From a virus (taxonomy: Duplodnaviria > Caudoviricetes), in the IMG/VR virus record IMGVR_UViG_3300037791_000022, positions 1 through 30,487 of that record: a stretch of DNA of 30,487 nt; one strand, given 5' to 3'. This document shows positions 11,041 through 19,591 of this stretch, one piece after another. Under the pieces are notes generated by a model, which saw only the letters and a program-made list of their open reading frames with translations, was not told where the DNA came from and did not search any database. The position numbers and the translations under genes were made by a program. Position 1 is the stretch's first letter, and the number at the start of each line of letters is the position of its first letter.

Positions 11041-11115
11041 ATTGCGCCCCTTTTCTTGGTTTTTATCACATATCGCGGAATGACGAACAAAGAGTCAACA
11101 ATATTGCCGATGCAG

Positions 11116-11337
11116 CTATGCCACCTCCACATCCTTCAAGATACACCGGGGCCATACACCTCGTATCTCACCTAGGACATGGACAGCAGCTGTATCCGGA
11201 TCATGATGCCCCGTCCTGAGAAGATGCAAAGCTAACTCTGACCGGAGTTCAGCATAAAGCTCGTCGTCAATGTAGACTTCTGGTCTAGCCTTCGGCAGCC
11301 ACATAGCCATAGCCTTTCCAAGTTCTCTTGCCCTCAA
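11116..11337 (-). CDS. Small hypothetical protein
   Basis: 73-aa ORF co-oriented with neighbours and filling the gap; no motif, start uncertain. Confidence 0.35.
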   Translation of the reverse strand: MRARELGKAMAMWLPKARPEVYIDDELYAELRSELALHLLRTGHHDPDTAAVHVLGEIRGVWPRCILKDVEVA

Positions 11338-11536
11338 GCTCGCACGCGAAGAACTCTTCCTTCAAGCTGCAATGAACGGCGATGGTGCGCTCACTTTGTC
11401 GCGCTTAAGTGCTTACTTACATTGTAAAATGTGACCCCGCGCCGGGTGACTTACATCGCAAAGATGATCCTGCGCGGGGTCACGGCCAATAGAGCGTTCC
11501 CAGCCTTTACATGTTATATTATTACATATTTGGTAA

Positions 11537-12280
11537 TTAGTCGCAATCCCTTCGACTTAACCGCCGTTCCCACCACCCCGGAAGCCCAGCTTCGATCCTC
11601 TCCTCACTCCACCCAGCCTTCCGACGTCCATAGCGCCAGACTTTCTCTGCGTTCTTGTCTTTCCTATGCAGTTCACGCTCCTCGGGGGTCATGGCGTCCA
11701 GCACGTCCTTCGGCGTCATGACGTTGGGCTTATCCCTGACCTTCCGGCGACTGGCGTTGTATTCTTCGCGGCCCTCACCTGCGCGCCACTCATCGGTTGC
11801 ACGGCGTTTGCGCCACCCATCGTCCGTTGCACGCTCCAGTTCCACCTTGAGGGCGCGTTTAGCGGCTGCCATTTCGGCCATCGCCTCGTGATACTCATCA
11901 CTACCCGGTATGGCCACGTCACGCAGGATTTCAGCGCCTGTGAGCCGCTGACGTGCCTTGTCGTAGGGTGTCAGGACCGGAAGGTCATCAATGCGCTCAC
12001 AGGTCGGTTCTGTGGCCTCTTTGGCGTCGTCGAAATCGTCAAGGCCCCCGTCAGGATCACCAAGCACCAACTCGTCAATCTCATCGTCTTCATCATCGGC
12101 CATGAGTTGATCGAACTCCGCCAAGAGCGCTTCACCTTCTGCGGCCTTGCGCGCCAAGTATTGTTCATCACTAACCCCAACTGAAAGGTCACTCTGGGTG
12201 CGCTCCGGTTCTTCACCGTCGAAGAACGCGCGCAGGTTCTCGATTTTCTGCGCATCCGGGTCGGAGCTTGCTATAGTCAT
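11537..12280 (-). CDS. Hypothetical protein (acidic N-half, basic C-half)
   Basis: 247-aa ORF with protein-like composition, co-oriented with the element; no family recognised. Confidence 0.7.
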   Translation of the reverse strand: MTIASSDPDAQKIENLRAFFDGEEPERTQSDLSVGVSDEQYLARKAAEGEALLAEFDQLMADDEDDEIDELVLGDPDGGLDDFDDAKEATEPTCERIDDLPVLTPYDKARQRLTGAEILRDVAIPGSDEYHEAMAEMAAAKRALKVELERATDDGWRKRRATDEWRAGEGREEYNASRRKVRDKPNVMTPKDVLDAMTPEERELHRKDKNAEKVWRYGRRKAGWSEERIEAGLPGWWERRLSRRDCD

Positions 12281-12299
12281 GGCATCAACTTTCGGTCAT

Positions 12300-12331
12300 G
12301 AGGTGCGGCGTGGGCGCGCCGCCCCTCTTTT
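12300..12331 (+). terminator. Terminator-like hairpin facing opposite to the flanking genes
   Basis: GAGG-T-GCGGCG-tgggcg-CGCCGC-C-CCTC followed by TTTT on +. Confidence 0.5.
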
Positions 12332-12334
12332 CGT

Positions 12335-12793
12335 TTACGCGGCCTTCGGCAACGCCATGTCGATCAGACGGGCGAACTCAGACGCAAGACCACGGTCGAA
12401 CACCTTGGCTTCGCTCTTGGCCGGAATGGAAATCGCGATCCCCTGTCCCTTACCCTTCAAGCCGAATTTCATCTGCTTGTCCGCGTTGATGCTGATCACG
12501 GTTCTTGCGTTCGCCTCTCCGGAGAGGAATGCGCGTATCTCAGACGCAAGCTGCGCCGCCTCCGCGTGTGAGAAACTGACGGCCTCGCCATCGTCGAACT
12601 TGATTGCCAAGCCATCAGCCAGCGCGTTGATTTTCACGCCAGGTATCTCATGTGCGACAAGGCCCTCATTCTGGGCAATTTCGATAAGCTTGGCCAGAAC
12701 CTCGCTCATGTTCACCGCGCCCATGTTCGCGGCCATCTGCTTGAGCTGCGTAAGGCGTTCATGGGGAAGTTTGATTGTGGGGTGGTTAGACAT
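12335..12793 (-). CDS. Hypothetical protein with probable N-terminal ribbon-helix-helix DNA-binding domain
   Basis: ATG 12793 with AGGA RBS; PTIKL (strand), HERLTQLKQMAANMG (helix A), NMSEVLAKLIE (helix B). Confidence 0.6.
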   Translation of the reverse strand: MSNHPTIKLPHERLTQLKQMAANMGAVNMSEVLAKLIEIAQNEGLVAHEIPGVKINALADGLAIKFDDGEAVSFSHAEAAQLASEIRAFLSGEANARTVISINADKQMKFGLKGKGQGIAISIPAKSEAKVFDRGLASEFARLIDMALPKAA

Positions 12794-12890
12794 ACGGGCA
12801 TCCTTTTGTGTTCCGCCCCACACTAAGGGTATTCCCTTATGAAGTCAAGGGTGAACCGCGCCGAATCCAGCATCGCTAACCGGGACGGCC

Positions 12891-13115
12891 TCTTGTAGCC
12901 GGAAGGGGTTCTTCTAGCCGGAACAGGTCAAAACTAACCTTTTGCCCGTTCTCTCCTATTTAATTATGTATATGATAAGTAATAGGTAGAAATAAGTTAC
13001 TATAATACGTGCAAAAGGTTAGCTTCCCGGACGGGCAAAAGGTTAGCCTATCTCCGGGTGGTGAAGCCGCTCCGGGCGGGCAAAAAGTTAGCCTTCTTAG
13101 CGGGCAAAAGGTTAG
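12891..13115. repeat. Iteron-like repeats around an AT-rich core; putative replication origin
   Basis: 15-mer CGGGCAAAAGGTTAG at 13008 (1 mismatch), 13032, 13077 (1 mismatch), 13101 and inverted at 12934; AT-rich 12957-13007; 14-mer TCTT(G/C)TAGCCGGAA at 12891 and 12910. Confidence 0.8.
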
Positions 13116-13124
13116 TCTCCCCGG

Positions 13125-13475
13125 CTACCCCTCGGCCCCGAACCACTGCACCAGCTTAACCTCAAAGCTCCACGGCGCGGCGTCCACTCCTGACCATGCC
13201 GGGGCAGTCCACTTCTGTGCCGTGGCGAAGCCGCGCGGCTGATACCAGAACGGGCGATAGCCGCCACGATCTTCGAAGAACTGCCGGATGGTGCCGAACT
13301 GCGCTTCTGTGAGGGCGTCCCACCGCAAGGAAATCTCATATGCGATATGGTTCAGCCCATTCGGCGTTGCCTGTGTGTAGCCGTCGCCGAACTCTGCTTT
13401 CAACAGCTTGATCTTGGGCGCGTGTTTGGTGCCCGGCGCGGGTGCAATCGGCGGGGTGAAAGTCGTAAGTGCCAT
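13125..13475 (-). CDS. Phage minor/distal tail protein (lambda gpM-like)
   Basis: FGDGYTQATPNGLN and FFEDRGGYRPFWY motifs; coupled to the tape measure gene. Confidence 0.85.
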   Translation of the reverse strand: MALTTFTPPIAPAPGTKHAPKIKLLKAEFGDGYTQATPNGLNHIAYEISLRWDALTEAQFGTIRQFFEDRGGYRPFWYQPRGFATAQKWTAPAWSGVDAAPWSFEVKLVQWFGAEG

Positions 13476-15940
13476 TAGCGCGCCCTCCGGGAATTGAGCA
13501 TATTCCCCGGCCTCATCTGCCTGCGCATCTCATCACAGACAACGCCACGCATTGTCCCTTCGATTTCGCGTGAGACACGCTTCGCAAGGTCTGCATTTTG
13601 TTCCGGGCTACCCGCTGATCCGTTCACCGTCACCGGCGCAGAGATATTCACCACCTGCCCAGAGTCCGCCACAGGCCCGGAGCGCGCCGCCTGTGCGCTT
13701 CTCAGGGGTGCCGCGCCTCCTACCAACCCACCAGTGGCATAGCCCCTCCTGGCGGCGCTGTGCAGCGCCTCAAGATTACCAACACCAATCCGGCGGGTGG
13801 CCTCTTTCGAAAGAACATACTCACCCTTGTGGACAATCCCGGCGGGTTCGAACTTACCACCGTCGCCGGTGTAGCCACCTTCCGCAAAACCACCACCAAG
13901 CATGGTCGCGAAGCTACTAAGCCACCCTTGCCCACCACCAGCAAGGCCACCCAGCAGGCGCAGGAAGAACTTCTGCGCCGCATAGCGCGCCAGGTCTTTC
14001 ATCAAGCTCGCCATCGCCTCGCGGAAAGTCATGGTGCCGGTGATCAGCCCTTCAAAGGCGTGGGCCGCCGAATTTTCAATCTGCATCCGGGCATCGTCGA
14101 TCTTGCGCAGCCCCTCGGCTGCCATATCAGCCTTCTTGGAGCTATCCGCGTAGGCCTGCGCCAGCCGCGCGATCTCGGACCGCAGCGCCGGTGTAACGGA
14201 CAAGCCCTGCATCTGCGCGGAATGCAAAAGCTCCGCTTCGCGCTTTGCGATCTCGATTGCCATTCCATATTCACTACCGGCAGCAGCGGCTGCCAACATG
14301 GCGGCGGCCTCAAGCTCAAGCGCCTTGGTTTCATCTACGATAGACGCGACAGCCCGGCCAAAAGCATCGTCGCTCGCACCACCGCCCTTCCCGGCGTCCC
14401 TGCGCGCAATGTCGGCTGCAATCTTGGCCGCCGCTGTGGCCTCTGCCTGTGCGCGTGTCAGGGTGACGCCATCGGCAGCAGCGCGCTTCTGCACCGCCGC
14501 GATTTCACGCTCCAGGGTAAGACGTTCACGTGACATGGCATTCCGCTCAGCCTCTCCGGCAAGGAAGCCGTCCAGCTTGGCCTTCTCGGCTTCCCAGTTC
14601 CGCATCGACTCTGCGTCAGCGTCCCGGAAGGTCTGCATCGGCGTGGGCACATGACTCCCCGGCAGGGCCGACTTGAGCGATTGCGCCATGCTGAACGCAG
14701 CACCAAGCGCACCAGAGAGTCCGTTGATACCAGCGATCACACCGGCAAAGCGCTGCGCGTCGATCTCGCCAAGCTCAGTTGCAACGCCCTGAGCTTCACC
14801 CACCAACTCAGACAGACGACTTTCAAACGTCTCGGCAGAGATTGCACCCGTGCTGAACTCGTCCACCAGGGACTTCATGCCTGCCAGAATATCTGCAAGC
14901 GCATACCTGGCGTCTTCGTCGTCGATCTCGAACACGCGGATACCATCCGGCCCAGTCAGGCGATTGATGTGCGCGAACAGGTCGTCATAGGTATTCTTGA
15001 TTTCGCGGATATTGGCTTGATGTGCCTCAACATCATCGCGGTTGGCGGCAAGAGCATCATACAGCTCATCACCCAGCACCGCCCTACCCTGTCTCTCATC
15101 CGGGAAAATGTCGTCCAGCTTGGCGCGCAGGTCAGCGACTTCAACAACGCCATCGGCCACCGCAACAGCCACGCGCTTGCCGAACATGGCGATACGCTGT
15201 GTCAGCTCATCGAACTTGCGACTGACCTCATCGGCCTTGTCGATCACATCATCACCCAGCACAAGGCCAAGCTCATGCGCGCGCTCTACAGTGCGGCGCA
15301 AGCCGTCTTCACCCTGATCCACGAGTTCGACAAAGCGCTCACCTGCCGTGCCACCAAATAGCTCATCGGCCACCCGGATACGCCCGGCCACGTCCAGACG
15401 CCGCATCCGGCCCATGATCTCAAGCAACAGCTCAGACGGGTCTTTCAGCTTGTCCTTCAGCTCGTCGGCACCATAGCCCAGCCGGGCAAATGCCTCGGCA
15501 GCCGGTCCTTTACCTGTGATGATGAACTCATCGGCACGCAGGTTCAGCTCTTTCAGGCCGTCCACAAGAGCATCAACCGCGATGCGGTTCTGATCAGCGA
15601 CGAACTTCCATTCTTGGAATACCTGGGCAGATACGCCAGAGCGTTTAGCCTCATCGCCGATCTGGGCAATCCCTCGCGTAGTGTCGCGCAGTGCCCGGAC
15701 GGTGGCCGCCGATCCCAACCCGGTCAGCAAAGGCAAGCTCATGCGCTTGAACACAGTGGCCATGCCGTCGCCCATCTTACCATAGGTCTTGCCGATCCGG
15801 TCTGCCGACTGCTTAGCCCGGCGCTCCATGTTCTGCGCGGCACGGCGCTGCGCACGGTCGGCGCGCGCAAGACCCTTCTCAAGCTGGGTGATCCGCGCTT
15901 CGACGGGAACAATCAGGCCCGGCATGGTTACATCATTCAT
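13475..15940 (-). CDS. Phage tail tape measure protein
   Basis: 821 aa, Ala-rich and helical; C-terminal FAEGGYTGDGGKFEPAGIVHKGEYV motif of lambdoid tape measures. Confidence 0.9.
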   Translation of the reverse strand: MNDVTMPGLIVPVEARITQLEKGLARADRAQRRAAQNMERRAKQSADRIGKTYGKMGDGMATVFKRMSLPLLTGLGSAATVRALRDTTRGIAQIGDEAKRSGVSAQVFQEWKFVADQNRIAVDALVDGLKELNLRADEFIITGKGPAAEAFARLGYGADELKDKLKDPSELLLEIMGRMRRLDVAGRIRVADELFGGTAGERFVELVDQGEDGLRRTVERAHELGLVLGDDVIDKADEVSRKFDELTQRIAMFGKRVAVAVADGVVEVADLRAKLDDIFPDERQGRAVLGDELYDALAANRDDVEAHQANIREIKNTYDDLFAHINRLTGPDGIRVFEIDDEDARYALADILAGMKSLVDEFSTGAISAETFESRLSELVGEAQGVATELGEIDAQRFAGVIAGINGLSGALGAAFSMAQSLKSALPGSHVPTPMQTFRDADAESMRNWEAEKAKLDGFLAGEAERNAMSRERLTLEREIAAVQKRAAADGVTLTRAQAEATAAAKIAADIARRDAGKGGGASDDAFGRAVASIVDETKALELEAAAMLAAAAAGSEYGMAIEIAKREAELLHSAQMQGLSVTPALRSEIARLAQAYADSSKKADMAAEGLRKIDDARMQIENSAAHAFEGLITGTMTFREAMASLMKDLARYAAQKFFLRLLGGLAGGGQGWLSSFATMLGGGFAEGGYTGDGGKFEPAGIVHKGEYVLSKEATRRIGVGNLEALHSAARRGYATGGLVGGAAPLRSAQAARSGPVADSGQVVNISAPVTVNGSAGSPEQNADLAKRVSREIEGTMRGVVCDEMRRQMRPGNMLNSRRAR

Positions 15941-15950
15941 CGCTCATACC

Positions 15951-17600
15951 TCAGAAAGTGAATATCTCGGCATCATCGCCGGTGTAGTTGGATTTGTTGC
16001 TTTCACCGGCCACGGCGCGGTGAACGGCCATCGCAGATGCGATAGCGCCATCAATGCGGTCGGTCTTCTTGCCCTTGTGCATCCGCACAAGGCCGGTGGT
16101 CTCGTTGCGGCTGGCAACAACGCTATCGAAGTGGTGGCGCAAGACGGGGTGGCCGTTGTGGCGGATCAGGTGCCCGTTGACGGTGCGCTCAAGGTCGCCA
16201 ATCGCAACGCCCATGCTCAAGGGTGCCTGCCGATGTTCGATCACCGGCAACCCATCATCATAGAGCCGCTGCATGATCTGCCGGGCAAGGTGAGGGTCAA
16301 AGGCGATCTCGCGCACGTCATGGCGCGCGGCCAGCTCGCGCAGGTGATCCTCTACCGCCTCGGGGTCGATGATCGGGCCGGGCGTGGCCGTGATCAGCCC
16401 TTCATCGCGCCACCGCTCATAGGGCACCCCGTCGCGCTCGCTGCGTTCTTTCAGATCGTCGCCAGGCACAAAGAACCAAGGCCGGATACTGATCTGCCCA
16501 TCATCATGCAGCCACGCAGCCACTACAGCGGCGGTGTCGCCGCTCAGGGCCATGTCCACACCCACCCAGCACGGCAGCGCCTCAAGGTCGGTTTCGTCAT
16601 CAGCGAAACGCCGGGCGTCATAGGTCGCCATGTTGAACAGCGGGTCGCGGCTGTTCCCGTGCCAGATGTTTAGATTGTATTGTTGGAAGCTATAGCGCTC
16701 TGCCGGGTGGTCTTCGGCCTCTTTCGCCAAGCTGCGCAGCCCGGACAGGCTGGGGAAGCCGTACTTGAGGCCGGGGTTCACCCGGTGCCACACATCTTCG
16801 CAATGCCAATCATCATCCGGTTCCGCACCAAAGATGATCGGCAGGAACTCGGGGTTGTCGATCTCACCCAGAGCAACACGCCGGGCGTAGTCATACTGTT
16901 CGGCGGCAAGGGTCTCATGGCCCCGGCCTGCCGTCGTGGCAATCACCAGCAAGCTATCATCGGTCTTGGCTAGGCCGGATTTCAGGGCTTCCCACAGATC
17001 CCGCCCCGACCATGCGTGTATCTCATCGGCCAGCACAAAGGCCGGGGTGGTGCCATGCTGCGCACGGCCATCACTGGACACGGCGCGCAGCCGCGCACCG
17101 CTGTTCAAGTCGGTGATCTGCTTGGCACTGTTGAAGGCGTCGTGAATGCGTGTTGCGGCCACAAGGCGCTTGTCTTCGCGGATGATGTCTGCGGCCTCGC
17201 GAAAGCCGATACCAGCCTGTTCCCGATCAGACGCAGCGAAGATCACCTGACCGGCAGGCACCTTTTCGGGGCCAATCACATGCAACAGAGACAGGGCAGC
17301 GGCCAAGCTCGTTTTGCGGTTGCCTCTCGGCAGCATCAAGAACACGGTCTTGACGATGCGCCGCCCGTCTTCGTGGCGCGGCCCGTAGATGCGCCTGACG
17401 ATGCGCTCCTGGAACGGCACAAGCTGGAAAGCACGGGGGTGCCGGTTGGTGTTCGCGGCCTTGGGTGCGCGGTTGTCATTCACCGCCGCCGGGTGGCGCA
17501 GCCGACGCAAGAACATCACAGCGCGTTCCCCATGCCCCAGCGGGTCCGGGATGGTGCTGCCGTCTTCGATCCAAGCCGGGTATGTGCTGGCCGCGCTCAT
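15951..17600 (-). CDS. terL: Terminase large subunit
   Basis: Q motif LVPFQERIV, Walker A variant PRGNRKTS, Walker B VLADEIH, ATTAG, nuclease GVDMALSGD and DRIDGAIA. Confidence 0.95.
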   Translation of the reverse strand: MSAASTYPAWIEDGSTIPDPLGHGERAVMFLRRLRHPAAVNDNRAPKAANTNRHPRAFQLVPFQERIVRRIYGPRHEDGRRIVKTVFLMLPRGNRKTSLAAALSLLHVIGPEKVPAGQVIFAASDREQAGIGFREAADIIREDKRLVAATRIHDAFNSAKQITDLNSGARLRAVSSDGRAQHGTTPAFVLADEIHAWSGRDLWEALKSGLAKTDDSLLVIATTAGRGHETLAAEQYDYARRVALGEIDNPEFLPIIFGAEPDDDWHCEDVWHRVNPGLKYGFPSLSGLRSLAKEAEDHPAERYSFQQYNLNIWHGNSRDPLFNMATYDARRFADDETDLEALPCWVGVDMALSGDTAAVVAAWLHDDGQISIRPWFFVPGDDLKERSERDGVPYERWRDEGLITATPGPIIDPEAVEDHLRELAARHDVREIAFDPHLARQIMQRLYDDGLPVIEHRQAPLSMGVAIGDLERTVNGHLIRHNGHPVLRHHFDSVVASRNETTGLVRMHKGKKTDRIDGAIASAMAVHRAVAGESNKSNYTGDDAEIFTF

Positions 17601-17602
17601 CG

Positions 17603-17992
17603 TCACACCGCCAACGGGTTGTCAGCGTCATCATCATCCGGCAGCCCGGCCCCGATCCGGGCGCGGCTTGTCGGGGTCAGCCCATATTCAGCGGCAAGCT
17701 GGCGCGCGGTCTGCATATAGCGGATTTGCAGGCCGCCAAGTTTCAGGTCGGGAATACCCCCGGCGCTCATGGTGTCTGCGATGGTGCGCGCCGCACCTAC
17801 CGCCGCGCAGTAGTGTTCAACGCCGCCAAGATCGGCCTTGGTGATGATCCGCCTAGTGATGAGCTGCGGCATGATCCGCTTCCACTCGGCCTTGGCGTGG
17901 GGTGACAGGTGCTTGGGCACCGGTGGCGCCTTGGTCAGAGAGTCGTTGTCCGGGGTCAGGGGCGGCTTCACGCCGCGACTGTGAACGCTCAT
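17603..17992 (-). CDS. terS: Terminase small subunit (P27 family)
   Basis: PPVPKHLSPHAKAEWKRI and LAAEYGLTPTSRARI; directly upstream of terL. Confidence 0.92.
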   Translation of the reverse strand: MSVHSRGVKPPLTPDNDSLTKAPPVPKHLSPHAKAEWKRIMPQLITRRIITKADLGGVEHYCAAVGAARTIADTMSAGGIPDLKLGGLQIRYMQTARQLAAEYGLTPTSRARIGAGLPDDDDADNPLAV

Positions 17993-18309
17993 GCAGCCAC
18001 CTGCGAACAACGCAGTTCAAGGCCACGTCTGCGGCCCAGCTCTGCGATTTCATCAATGTCATAGGTCACGCCATAGAACGTCACGCGGTCAGCCGTGGTG
18101 ATCCCGGCCAGATACCGGATGCGGAACACCGCGCCGCCTGCATCGGCCTCACCGAACCCGACAAGGTATTCATTGGCACTGCGCTGCACCAGCTCGGCAC
18201 GGACGTTGACGACAGGTGCCCATGCTTTCGACACGGCACCCGATGCGGCCACGGTCTCAGCTTCGCGCGTGATGGTGATCTGCCGATCAAGTTTCCCTGC
18301 CTTGATCAT
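17989..18309 (-). CDS. Head-closure / head-tail adaptor protein (SPP1 gp16-like)
   Basis: MIKAGKLDRQITI...FRIRYLAGITTADRV...YDI pattern. Confidence 0.88.
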   Translation of the reverse strand: MIKAGKLDRQITITREAETVAASGAVSKAWAPVVNVRAELVQRSANEYLVGFGEADAGGAVFRIRYLAGITTADRVTFYGVTYDIDEIAELGRRRGLELRCSQVAA

Positions 18310-18311
18310 GG

Positions 18312-18731
18312 TCACACTCTCCACCGGATCACACCTTCGACGGTGCCGACGCCGTGGCAATAGGCCCGCTCCGGGTCAGGGTCGCGCGCGAACGCAAAGC
18401 TCGGGCGCTCATAGGCATCAATGCCCACCGTGCCGCTGTCAGGTGCATCCCAGAGCGCCACAGACGCCGCCGCACCGATCTGCCGGGCCATGTCTGCCCC
18501 GTCTTCCAATGCCCAAATGTGCAGGTCGATATAGACGCGCGTGAGATACTGGCCGCCACTCGCGCGCCCCAGGTTGATCATCTGGGGGTTCGCCAAGATG
18601 ATCGTCGGCAGCTTCTCGGGGCGCGTCGATCCGGCCCGGACATGTTCGGCAGGCACAAGGGCGTTCACCTCCGGGTGCGCGATCAGAGCGGCCCGGATTG
18701 CGGTCTGGAACTCAAGGCTGGGGTCGATCAT
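18312..18731 (-). CDS. Tail terminator / tail completion protein (DUF3168-like)
   Basis: DPSLEFQTAIRAAL...DLHIW...ARDPD...HGV pattern and neck-module position. Confidence 0.8.
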   Translation of the reverse strand: MIDPSLEFQTAIRAALIAHPEVNALVPAEHVRAGSTRPEKLPTIILANPQMINLGRASGGQYLTRVYIDLHIWALEDGADMARQIGAAASVALWDAPDSGTVGIDAYERPSFAFARDPDPERAYCHGVGTVEGVIRWRV

Positions 18732-19162
18732 GCGTCACCCTCCGCCGCGTTGCGCACGGCACGGCCTATGGCGCGGCTGATCCGACGCTTCGCCTTGGGC
18801 ATCGCCAGGCGCGCACTGGGGCGCATGAACGGCTGCGCCTCCTGTTTCACGGTGCCGAACTCTTGAAGGTGGCCGTGGCGCACCTTCTCATTCCCGGCAG
18901 TCACAAGCGCCTGATTACTACCAGCGGTGCGTCTGCCGCCGCCCTCGGCATAGGCCGGGGTGGTCTGGCCGGGTTCGGTCACGGTGATGGACTCTTCAAG
19001 GTCGCCTTCGTCCACAGGAACAAAGACGCGCATCATTGCGGCCACTTCCTCAGCACCCTTGATCAGCGCCGGGCGCACATCGCGCACCACGGCGTCAGGA
19101 ATGGCGCTCAGGCGCTTGCTCAGGATGCGCGACTGTTCAGACAGGCTCTTAGGCTTCGACAT
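18728..19162 (-). CDS. HK97-gp10 family neck/tail component
   Basis: VPVDEGDLEESI and HLQEFGTVKQEAQPFMRPS motifs. Confidence 0.88.
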   Translation of the reverse strand: MSKPKSLSEQSRILSKRLSAIPDAVVRDVRPALIKGAEEVAAMMRVFVPVDEGDLEESITVTEPGQTTPAYAEGGGRRTAGSNQALVTAGNEKVRHGHLQEFGTVKQEAQPFMRPSARLAMPKAKRRISRAIGRAVRNAAEGDA

Positions 19163-19445
19163 GGCCGGTCACTGCCTCCCTGTAAGGTGCCAGCAGCTCA
19201 TAGACGCCGAAGGGCACAGGGCGCATGGTCACGTCGCTGGCCGTTTCGCGCGTCTCATACCAATAAGCTGCGAGCTGCAACGCGGCCTCAGTCAGCACCG
19301 CATCACCGGCTGCAAAGGCCGTGCCGGTGTGGTGGCCAATCCAGATTTCGGCTGCGTCCAGCTTGTGCGCAAGCAGCGCATCATCAAGGTTGTGATCAAG
19401 GTTGAGCTGCGATTTCAACAGGCTCACGGGGGTTTGGGCAGGCAT
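19149..19445 (-). CDS. Head-tail connector (HK97 gp6-like)
   Basis: LKSQLNLDHNLDDALL...AALQLAAYWYETRE...PFGVYELLAPYR. Confidence 0.9.
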   Translation of the reverse strand: MPAQTPVSLLKSQLNLDHNLDDALLAHKLDAAEIWIGHHTGTAFAAGDAVLTEAALQLAAYWYETRETASDVTMRPVPFGVYELLAPYREAVTGHVEA

Positions 19446-19470
19446 CTCTAAGCTCTTCAATGGATTGCGT

Positions 19471-19485
19471 TGTTATAATATAACA
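19471..19485. promoter_or_regulatory. Perfect 7-1-7 palindrome TGTTATA-A-TATAACA (Zur-box-like)
   Basis: 25 bp upstream of the connector ATG; near-copy at 11512-11526. Confidence 0.65.
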
Positions 19486-19591
19486 CATTTATCCAACGCC
19501 CTGAAGAGTCAGCGCTATTTTTGACGAGGTTCGGGTTTCCACCAGTGCCTCAACGGATATATTGACAGTAGCAACAGAGGAGGACCGGACA

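Noticed and set aside
12934-13115. CRISPR array
   Set aside because: Repeats are 15 bp with irregular 9-30 bp gaps, one is inverted, and there are no cas genes; iterons fit better.
13009-13242. 77-aa ORF with repeated GQKVS motif
   Set aside because: Translation of the in-phase DNA repeats; overlaps the tail gene antisense.
17309-17332. TerL Walker A (PRGNRKTS) as an inactivating mutation
   Set aside because: The critical Lys-Thr and all other motifs are intact; probably a lineage variant, to be confirmed by alignment.
19562-19567. TTGACA as -35 box for the exported-protein gene
   Set aside because: Too close to the RBS and no -10 element at the right spacing.
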